Under the pieces are notes generated by a model. The model saw only the letters and a program-made list of their open reading frames with translations. It did not search any database and was not told the DNA's origin. A program made the translations under genes and the position numbers. From the NCBI GenBank assembly GCA_008632985.1, contig QPGO01000127.1, positions 1-64,000 of the forward strand: a stretch of 64,000 bases of DNA, written 5' to 3'. Position 1 is the stretch's first letter; each line of letters starts with the position of its first letter. Shown piece after piece: positions 37,780 to 48,024 of the stretch. The DNA comes from Psammoneis japonica. Lineage: Eukaryota.

Positions 37780-38700
37780 GTCACTTTGAGTTTCTTCAGG
37801 ACAGTTTGTCGACGCTCGGCTGTGAGATAAAACTGTGAAGTTGCAGTCTTCCATGTCATGACAATTTGTTTACAATCCATGCCCGTGGAGGTGCCACGAT
37901 TGGGAAGAGATGATGTCATGCTGCAAAACCGATTGCAATGATCGGGTTTTGCTAAAACTGTGCCAGCTTGCAGCCATTTGCCCATGGCAACACAGGCAAC
38001 AGCATCAACAAAATGCTTGGGTTTAGCAAGGCATGACAGCATGCATCCACTGCATCCGCCCATCATGATTTCGTCAACAACAATCTCAAAGGAATGGTGG
38101 TGAGCCAACGACCGAGAGATTCTAGAAAGTTGTCGCTGAGTGTTGCGCCATTGTTTGCCAGCATCAATTCTAAAAACAATGCAGTGATTGGCACCTTCTT
38201 TACAGCCTGCATCAGACAACGGAGATGAGTGTGGTTGAGACAATCGTTTTCGCACTCACTGAGCTCCGCGGAGCTCAGAGTGCCTGGTGTGTGATGCGGC
38301 AGCGCAATGGTGTGATTGCGTGTAAAAGAGTTAAACACGTCGTCCGGATGCATTACCGTGCTCGGACCATGTTCTGCACTGAATGTGCTGGCAGTCCAAC
38401 AGTGGACAGGCCCATGATCACCGGCCACATAACTTCCACATGCAATCAAACATCCGTCGTTGTGCCCTCCGTCACAGAATTAATTGCAAACAAATTTGCA
38501 TCGGAGCCATTTGGCATCACTTTGTGCAGCAGCAATTCACCATCAAAGTGACGAAAAACAACTTCTTCTAACTGCTTGTGATGGCCGATGTCCATGGAAG
38601 AATTCATCAAATCTTCGCCATTGCGTTTTAAGCCACGCGGGCTAACGGCAACCAAATTGCACCCCCAATTGTTTGCCATGTCGTCCATGGCATCGTTTGG
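37780..38700 (-). pseudogene. Transposon cargo: class III PLP-dependent aminotransferase-like gene, frameshifted
   Basis: NGSDANLFA, GSYVAG, ALFLELML..G..LSDNFL, IVVDEIMMGGCSG (cf. DEIxTGxGRxG), MGKW. Confidence 0.75.
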
Positions 38701-39568
38701 GATTGTTCAATGTGCAAAAGAGCAAGATGCAAGATTCAAGAAGAGTCCCAAAAGATGATTGGATGGAAAAGAGGGGAGGGATCGCAGTTCTGTTGATGGG
38801 CTTGCGCAGCGCAGAGGATTTGTGAAAATGAGGTGGAGCAACGCATGTGCTCTCAATCACCAAAAGCGCAAAACACGTGCATTCTGCTGCACTGCGCATT
38901 TGCAGACAAGCCCTGTGCGTGGGGCCCCACACATGTTCCACACGCTGAAAGAGCAGCACGCGCGCGCGCATGCACTCCCACCCAATCGTGTGATTGCACA
39001 ACGCATTTCATTCAACAACGCAGATGAAGCGAGCACTTTAAAAAAGAACACACATGAAAAATCAAACTTCAACCATGGAAAATCATACATTCAAAAGTGA
39101 ACCAATGAGAACCCAATTTTTGTTTAAGGAAAATTTTGTTTCAAATGGGAGGAAAGAACAATCTTCTTAACACAACAGGTCGACATGGTTGTCAATGTTC
39201 ATTTCAGAACAACAGCGCTTGATTGAAACAATGAAAAATGCAGAAAAGAACAAAACTGAATGCAACTCAAAAACCGTGCAATGAGAACATGCAACCGTGA
39301 CTTTGCAATTGTGTTGAACAGATTCGGCTCGTCCCGGACCATCCACAAGCATGTAAAAAGCGATCAGAAGTCGAAAACACAATGACGAATTCATTTCATC
39401 AGACACAGGTGTCGGTCGTCAGCCTTGATCTTACAAACACATCGAGGGCAAACACTTCAACAGAGGGAAACACAACCCCATCAAGGACAGATGTTGCAAC
39501 AGCGGGGAACACAGGTGGGTGCATTTGAAATCGAAGTGTGCATTTGGAAGCCAACATTGTGATCTGAC

Positions 39569-42308
39569 ATGCAGTGGGAAGCTTCTGTGACAAATCCAGG
39601 GGAAAAAATAACAGCACCCAATCGTCCATTGGATTGTCCAAGAGACTTTTTCCATCTGACGACAGTGGCCAACCCCACAAGACCAGAGGATGCTGCTCTT
39701 TTGTGGTCATGCCGAAAGGCACGTCCACAACTTGGTGAGGTGGAGACGGTGCCGCCCAATGGCAAGAAGATGCTTCAAGAGGTGGCACAAATCCGGTCGT
39801 CCCTTCGACAACACATCATGACTCAATGCCTGGAGGGCTGTCGGAAAAATGCAATGGACAAGGAAGTGGCAATGCCATCAACAAACACCAATCCCGTCAC
39901 AACAGAAGACTTCAAAAACATTCTGGCAAGCATGGACAACACAACCGAGAATCAGCAGCTCGTGCATCAAGTTTTCCACGCCTTTCATCGCAACAGAGGA
40001 TGGCTGGCTGCTGCCATTGACAAATGGTTCACCGCAGACAACATGAAGCTCATGCCGCACGCCACGGACGCTTCCAGCAAACCTCGCAAAATGCATCGCG
40101 ATGACAGAGGCGGGTTCACTGTGGTGGCACGCCAAGCCAAATGTCAAACAATTGGAACGTTTGTGGAGTTTATGCTGCGGAAAGCAGGCTGGTGTGTGGC
40201 AACTGCAATGCACAAGAGCAACAAGGAGAATGGAGGTAAAACACATGTGGCCGTCCCCGCTGCAACCAATGCGGAAACAACAACCAAAGCAAAGTTTTAC
40301 GTCGTGTCGATGAAGCCAGTGGCGGTGAGTTGGTCGCACATTGTTTGTTTGTCCTTTTGTTGACAATCTTGTTTGGTTGACAACTTCGTTCCCATTTCCG
40401 GTCCTTGACAGCAGGAGGAGAACACCGAAGCATCAAAACAAGTTGCTCAGGGAGCATGCAGCAAAGACATTGACATTGCATCCCTTGTGGACCTTGCAAA
40501 AACAGCGAGCATGTTGTCAGAACAAATGGGAGTTCCGCTGTCCAAGGAAGATTTGCTCCAGTCGATTCATGGCAGCATGACAGTCACCAGTTCATCCCAA
40601 ATGGTCAACGAAGAGATTGTGCTTGATCTGCAACATGAGTCCGAAACTCAGGTGTCAACACTGACCATGGACACCGCACTAAATTGCCCATCCGAACCAA
40701 CGGCAAAGCGGAAGTTAACCAAGAAGGAGAAGGAGGCAGAGCAAATTCCTCGTCAGGAGTGCAATGATGAACTAGAACCCCTCACCATGGATTTGGATGT
40801 CATCGATGGTTGGAATTCCAATGACGAAGAGTTGGCAGAAATGGTGTCACAGGTGGCCACATGATTTGGTGGTCCAATTGCTGTGGTGTTGGATGGCTCT
40901 AACCAACTTCCGCTTTGATGCCTTGTTTGGCTTGTCAGACACAGTTGTCTGGGTCCCCTTGTTGCAGGACGGAACAAGAGCCCGGGAACGCTCCAGCGGT
41001 GAGAAAAATGCATTGTGTCATGCGGCTGAATTGCACGTTGCTCACACCACTGTTCTTCATGCAAAAGGTTGATGAGATGGACGAGCCAACTGGTGCAAAA
41101 GAAAAGGTGAGAGCATTGTCGGTGCTCCAGCTGTCAATTTGGACTGTTGCTCTAACAGCTCTTTGGCCTCATTGGGTTGCTGGATGCCACACCAAACCAT
41201 CCCAGACAGTTGAAACACTGGAGCGAGCACAAAAAAAACAAGTGAGTGAACAGAGTTCTGAGGCAGAGCGCGACACATGGATTGGATTGACCAATCACAC
41301 TGCTCCTGCTGTTCTTCATGACCAGGCAAATGAGGTGGTTGACAGTGGCAACAATGAAAAGGTGAGAGCATTGTCGGTGCTCCAGTTGCAAATGAAAGAA
41401 TTGCTCCAACCACTTTGGGGCGTCATTGCTGGATGCCAGACTCAACCATCCCCAGCTGCTGAAATGCCAGAGAGAGCACCACAGAAGACGGTGAGATCAC
41501 ATTGTCTTGCAGCCAATTGTGCAATTCATCGGACACGTCTCACACAGCCATCGTTGTTTGCAATGAGAAAGGTCGAAGAGACAATGGCAAATGGCGCAAA
41601 TGAAAAGGTGAGAGCATTGTTGGTGCTCCGGATTGCCATTGAGAAGTTGATCTAACGGCATTCAATGTGTGTCATGATGGCATTTCTTTTGCAGACTCAA
41701 CCAGCAAACCACTCTAAACCATTGTTAAATCCATTGCAAAACAAAGCGGTGAGAATGCATGATGAAGTCGTGCGGATTGTGCGCAGTGTCTTGGAAACAT
41801 CACCTCTCACTTTGTTGTTTGTTTGCAACAAAGACAAAGACAGCAAATGACAAACGCACACACAAAACTGCAACACTCGCTGTGGCTCAAGTGGATCAAA
41901 CAACTGCTTGCAATTCGCAGGTGCAGAGCAAATGTCATTGTTGATTTGGCATGCCTGTTGTTGTGTTGTCTTGTTCACGCACGCAAACCAATTGTGTTTG
42001 TTTGTTTGTGTTTGCAGTGCAAGTGCGAGGAGGCTCACTTGTTCCACGCCTTGGTCCATCAAGATGACGGAAAATGTTTCACTCAAGCGCACTTCAAAAC
42101 CAACCCACTGTTCCCTGCAAAGTGCTGTGGCGAAAAGTGTGATGTTGTTTTTGGATCAAGCAGTTGCGAGGTTGGACAAAGAAAGGCAGTTTGGGTTTGC
42201 ATGAACGCATTGAATGGTTCTTGCAATTGCAGGTTTGCATTGTGTGTGCAGTGTTGTCAAAAGACCATGTCAGCTGCATCTAACAAAAGGCACCGAAGGA
42301 CAACCTAA
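39569..42308 (+). pseudogene. Transposon cargo: uncharacterised multi-exon gene(s) ending in a Cys-rich segment
   Basis: Protein-like ORFs at 39569-40363 and 40487-40864; repeated AAG|GTGAG donor-like sites; Cys-rich end (CCGEKC..CMNA..CRFALCVQC). Confidence 0.4.
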
Positions 42309-43012
42309 AACAACAACAACAAATGACAAGGCAACGCAACACATGCGCACGACACAATGTGGTGTGTGATTGCTTGGGATTGATTTCACCGGCACAGTCA
42401 GGGTTCGGCGGATGTGTTTGTTGACAGAGTCAATCGAAGCACAGCTTCGTAAATGACAGTCATTCAGAGCATCAGCAAATTTGTTCACAGTTGTGATCTG
42501 TTTGAATGGAGAGGCTGTCGTCGTCCATTGTTTGTTCAGAGCTTTGCTCTAGTTAAATGTCCGTTGTTTGTTCAGAGCTTTGCTCCAATTAAATGGAGAT
42601 TCCACGGGCATCCAAACATTGTTCAGAGTCGTGCTCTGATTGAATGGACACAATCACAGCAGCGCTCTGAATGTCAGCACAATGCTCTAATTTGCAAATT
42701 GATTCTCTGTGTGCAATGCTCCAAACAAAATTCTGTGGCTCCGAGTGACCAAATTTACTGTGATTGTGCTCTGCGTGGGCGTTGTTGCCTTGATCAACTC
42801 TCATTTGCTCTGAATGTCCCACATTGTGTCGGGATGATTTAAACAAAGCGTTGCTCAGAATGAAACATTTGGAGCATGAATGAAGAGAATCTCATCCGCA
42901 GTGTACGCCATCAAGATGCCCGAGGTCCAAGCAGTGACAAATCGCGATCGCCATCATGCGAACGCGACGAGAACGCGAACTTAACTTGTGCGACCGCAGA
43001 GAACCATGAACC

Positions 43013-45067
43013 ATGACCAACAGTGGAAGAGAGTTCAGCGAAGCCATTGAAATGGAGCCGAGGGTCTCTGACCACAACCATTTCAAAACAATGGGGCGTG
43101 TTTCTCGAAACCCGTCAGTTCTCCACGTCATGCTCGACACATGGCCGCGACGACTGGCTCGCATCCCACAAATGAATGCGCTTTTCGTTACCCTCGACGA
43201 AAGCACATCATCAGGGGCGTGGGAGTGTTTTCAAATCATGCGATCCCTGTTCCAAAACAAAAGCTTCATCAACAGATTCGATCACCATTTCCATTCTGGC
43301 ATCCGCAGCTACTTTCTGGAAAAGTTCGACAAGGTCAAAGATGACTGGACTGTGCTTCTCTTCGATTCGTCGAAGGAGAACTGCCACATTTTGGTGTCTG
43401 AACTCCATGAACGCTTGCCCGAAAGTGCTTTCGAATCGATTCGGTGTTTGTCCTGCGGTTGCATCATTCACAGTGTTTCCAGCGAGTTTGCTCATTCAGG
43501 CCTCTTTTTCTGTCGCAAGCCTTCAACAAAGCTACTCCGCCCCCTGCCCACTGAAAGCGAACATGTTTCCGATGAAGCAGTGGCTTCGCTTGAAGCATGC
43601 CATGATCTACAGAAATCTCCAGCTATAGAAAGTGACTTCGGCACGCTGATTCCGGCTCGTTTTGGCTGTGTTCTAATGAGCGGCGATCCGACAGAACCAG
43701 ACTTCACTGATCTCGTGTGCAAAGCAATCCAAGAGGAGGACAGAAAATGTTTCTTGTTCATCCATGGGAAATCCAGACGAGCGGCTCTAATTCTTTCTGA
43801 ATCATCTTCCATTCCACACCAGCTCCTCCAAGATCTTCCCTTTCTTGTTCATCTTGTCCTCATTGCCAAAGAGGTGGCAACTAGATTCAGTGAAATGCAG
43901 GATGAGTTAGAGCAGCACTTTGCAGCAATTGGTTGGTTTCGGGTGTTTGGGGATGAAATGCACAAGTCTTCGGTTCTAGAAGGGGCACTCATTTCTCGAA
44001 GAAGGTTCACTTCGGACGAAGCAAATGGCTTTATTCGCGAGGGTGGAAACAACTGCCGAATTCTGTAGTTTGATCCCTTGACACTTTCCAAGATCACATG
44101 CTTCAATGATGCATGCCTCAAGACCAAAACTGGCATAGAACATGTCGCCGGTTGTGATCATGAAACCATCTGTGTTGGCAAGAGGAGCCTGAGTGCGTTT
44201 TTTGCTCTCCCTCTAAAGGTCTTCTTGGATTGCGGCCATGTGCCGTCCTGCAGATGTTGTTGTGACCAATCGCTCTTGGAGCAAGCTGACAGCTTTGACC
44301 GTGTCTTGTTCATTTCGCATCCATGGGTCACCAAGGAACACCCTGATCTGGGTGGTGAAATGTACAATGCCTGTGTTGAGGTGTTGCTAACATGTCTCGA
44401 GGATCTGAGACAAGGCCGACTGCTTGTGACCAGGGAAAGATTTGTGAATGTAGGAACAAGCCTTCCATCCAAGTGCTGTGAATTCATCAACTTTTGCCCT
44501 CTGAAACTCGAGTTGCCATCCGAAACAAGGATTGTTACAAAGATTGGGGTTTGGGTTGATTGGAGTTGTCTGCCGCAACAGCCCCGCAGTGCTCAGGAGC
44601 AGGATCTGTTCTGCAGATCATTGCAGTCGATGAACAATCTCATGTCAAGCAAGAAGACGCACCTCATTCCAGTCAAAGGCCCCATGATGGATCAATGCTT
44701 CCTTCGGTCATGGTGCAAGTTTGAATGCTTGACATCCGCCCGCTACGGCGATGTCCAGCATGGGGACCAGCAGCCGTGCATTGACGACATTTTGGAATTG
44801 GTTGACATCAAAGAAAAGAGTGCCCTGGACAAAGTCCACCAAACCATGGCTGGACGATGTTTGGGCCTGCCCGATGAGATCCTTGAGGCAGTGGTGCAGC
44901 AGCTAGAACACACGAGTGTCACAAATCAGAAGGACAAGGGTGTGGTGTGCCAGTTGTTTGCAGAGGAATTGCTGCGATCCATGGTGTGGCACCAGACACA
45001 AAGCGAACTCACATTTGATTTCGACGAAGGAGCGACAGTGCGAAGCAGTGCTGAAGAGATTTTCTGA
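43013..45067 (+). pseudogene. HET-like domain gene, partially TpA-eroded, in-frame TAG at 44066
   Basis: FISHPWVTKEHPD..G, VWVDWSCLPQ, CFLRSWCKFE resemble HET-like motifs (FxSHxW, WxDxxCxxQ, YxxRxWCxxE); the two ORFs are in frame. Confidence 0.65.
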
Positions 45068-45310
45068 AGCACTCAGAGCTTCTGCTAAAAGCACTCAGTG
45101 GATTGACACCACTGACATTTGCAACGACCCTGCTTGTTTTCCACAAGCGCTCGAGTTAGCGTGCAGGCACGTTGAGGGTTCCTGTGCTTTTACAAACATT
45201 CTGTGTAGCTGGCGATTCATGTTCATTGTCGGAAGGAACCTCCCGACCCACCCGCCTGGGGTCAGGTGCTCATCAATGATTTTTGCATGTCCTGCAATGT
45301 CAGGCAAGTG

Positions 45311-45700
45311 GACGCGTTCCAGCCCTAGGTGGGACTCCTTGTGACATTGGGCCCGTAGAATTCTACGTGCGAGCTCCGTAGTACGAGAATTTAATTAATG
45401 GATATATTTATCTTCAACATCAAATAAACGGCCAAGTTTGTGGTGCAATTATGCCTCTTACCACTCGACGTTTTTGCAACTTCGCCTGCCCTACGCGATT
45501 CTTAAGACATTGTAGAATCGCGCTGTAACAAAAAATGTCAAAAGTTGTTGGACGGATCGCTCAATAAGTGTACCGTAAAATGACACAAAATATCGAAAAA
45601 ATCACGTAGAAATCTACGTGCGCGACATACGACGAGACTCAAAAAACTATCGATGTCACAGTTCAGTAGTACGAGGTCCCACCTAGACCTGGAACGCGTC
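45311..45700. mobile_element. MITE family 1, young TpA-rich copy with 25-bp TIRs and 4-bp TSD AGTG
   Basis: gacgcgttccagccctaggtgggac ... gtcccacctagacctggaacgcgtc (23/25 inverted match), with agtg on both flanks. Confidence 0.92.
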
Positions 45701-47798
45701 AGTGATGCTCAAAGAATGCATCAACAATTTCATCATCAAAATTCACATGACTCAACGTTGGGCCCGGCACAGTTGGTTCGTGCTTCCCTTGCGCCCATGT
45801 GGCATGCTCGCGGATTGTTTCTTGCAGATCTCTTCATCTGCAAGTGCCAAAAAATCAACAAGATGCTGCTGCTGCTCCATTGACAGTTTCTTGGGTTTCT
45901 TTCAGGGAAGCTCTGCATCATCAAACTCGTCAAATGGCAACTCATCCTTGCCATTTTTGATGACTTTCACATTTTTGCTCACATCAAGCACACGTTTTTC
46001 ATCCTTGGGAAGAATGTCAAATTCAGTTTTCCACCCTGTGGTCAAATTTCTGGCTTCAAGTGCTCCAGAAAAACACACTCCTTGGTTTCCTGCCACTTTT
46101 GGAATGCACTGCCTCTGTGTGTTGTCGACATGAAACAAGCGATGCCATGTCACTTTGCGCCACTTGCCAATTTCCATTCGGCCGCTGCCAACACAAGTGT
46201 GCATCTTCTTCTTTCTTGAAGTTGCAAGATGTGTTTTTGAAGTTGTGTTGCTGCCACCACTTGCTGGTGGGTCAGAATTTCCCTCGTTGTCATTGTCGTG
46301 CTGCACATGCACTCCAGGAGTGACAAAATTTGACTCGCCTGTTGGGATTTGCTGCTTGGCAATGTCACCTCTCTCCAAAGTTGAGGTTGCACAAGTTGTC
46401 ACAGAAAGAGGTAAAACAACTGTGTCAGGTGGGAAACTGGCAACAAATCAGCTTCAACAGGCCCGTCGGAAGTGTTGAAGTCAGATGCCACGGTTTGTTC
46501 ACGCAAAAAGAAATTCTGTTGGATGCACCATGCATTTGGTGCATCGACATTGACAAAAACTTGCAAGATTTCAAAATTTCTTGCCTTGTGTGCCCCTCTT
46601 TCATTGAATGTCACCTTGCAACTGAGCAACAATCAAAAATCCAAAGAACTTCTTCAGATGAAGCTGCGCCAAGTTTACAAAAATGACCATTTTTGATGTG
46701 ATGTTTGATGTGACATTTTCAAAAAAATCAAATCAGAGTGGGTGACCACTGGCAGAGAGAGCCACTTGTGGGTTCAGCAGGCTGCTGCTGTCCCCTTGGT
46801 GAGTGTGGTCCAGGTGGCGCACAGCTGAGTGCATTTGGAGAGATTTGCAGTGGGCCGGTTTGGCAAAAATCATGTTGTGCTGCACCCATTTTGGCAAGTT
46901 TGACAAAAAATTGCAGCCAGCCAGTCTTGATTCAAAGTGTGGGTGCTGACACCCAGGAGCATGCGAGAAGAGATTTTAAGATGCCAAAGTTGCTGCCAAG
47001 AGCTGTGGTGGCATTGAGCTCTGGCGCTTTTTTTTTTTGTGGTGCAAGTGATTCAATGTGAGAGCTCACCTCCTTCTTGCCTGCTGGCGTGTCTTCTGGA
47101 GCTTTCCAAGCCCAATCCCAACCCAGCCAAGAGCTGCAAGAGCCACTTTCATGGCTCCATTGCTGTGCAGAGATTGGAGACTGGCTGCTCTGCATGAGTT
47201 CAAAAAGGCACAGCAGCAGCAGAGCAAAGCACTCTCACAGCAGCACACACAAAAATCTGAGAGTGCACAACGCACAACAAGAACAAACGGCAGCCATGGC
47301 TTTGGCTGGTGGCTCACAGCCCTCAGAAATTGAAGCATGTGTTTGCCCAGCTGGTGCTGTGCCACCTCCCAGGGCAGCACTTTTGTGCTCAGTTGTGCTT
47401 TTAAACCTGGACATGGGCAGGTTGGGGGCAGTTTGTGGTCACTTGCTGCAGCTTGAAGTTCTTTTTTTGTCTCTGCATCAAGTGAAAAAGCATTGTCAGG
47501 TGCACAGTGTGGAAAACTGGGCTCTGACATGATGACATTTGTTGCCCCACATTTTGATCTTTGTTGCACTGCAAATTGCACACACACCAAAATGCCTCCA
47601 TGCTGCTGCACCACGAACTTGGCTGTTCTTGGCCATCAGAGCTGAGAGAGAATTGCACTGTGATGGGTCAATGAGACAACAATCACAGCAGTGCTTTTGT
47701 TGATTTTTTGGGTTTTGTGCCATTTGTCATGTCTTCTCAAGAGCATTTTGACTCATGTCATTTTGTGCCACCATTTGGGGCTCAAGTGATTTGGATTT

Positions 47799-48024
47799 CA
47801 CCAGAAAAGCTCTGGAATGTCAAATTTGCATGGAAGCAGCACCAGGTCCCCAATGGAAATGCCAAAAAGTCTGGAATGTCAAGAAACTGCACAGAATTTA
47901 GCATGGAATCAGCACAAGGGATGTCAAAAAATTGTGACATTTTGGACTTTCTTGGCTTTTCTGCCAGGGCCCTGGTGCTGCTTCTGCACAAATTTGTTTT
48001 GTTCCAGCATTCTTTTGTTGGGTG
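47799..48024. mobile_element. MITE family 2, second eroded copy
   Basis: Aligns with 3081-3322 (ctctggaa..tcaaatttgc.tggaag.agcaccagg..gaaatgccaaaaa..agggatgtcaaaaaat..cttctgcacaa.ttt); CAC...GTG ends. Confidence 0.7.

Larger units (their letters stand above)
25440..42903. mobile_element. Giant (~17.5 kb) CACTA/EnSpm-Plavaka-like DNA transposon with cargo genes
   Basis: Left end CACTGCAAATGAGAATCACT vs reverse complement of right end CACTGCGGATGAGATTCTCT (16/20); subterminal GCTCT(G/A)A / T(C/T)AGAGC repeats at both ends; flanks TG and TA (possible 2-bp TSD); DDE transposase just inside the left end. Confidence 0.75.

Noticed and set aside
42430..42890. Short recurring repeats suggestive of a CRISPR array
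   Set aside because: Irregular spacing, both orientations, no cas genes and eukaryotic context; better explained as CACTA subterminal repeats.
25440..42903. Endogenous giant virus or Polinton/Maverick interpretation
   Set aside because: No recognisable capsid, packaging ATPase, protein-primed polymerase or retroviral-type integrase; TIRs and the DDE transposase fit a CACTA-like element.
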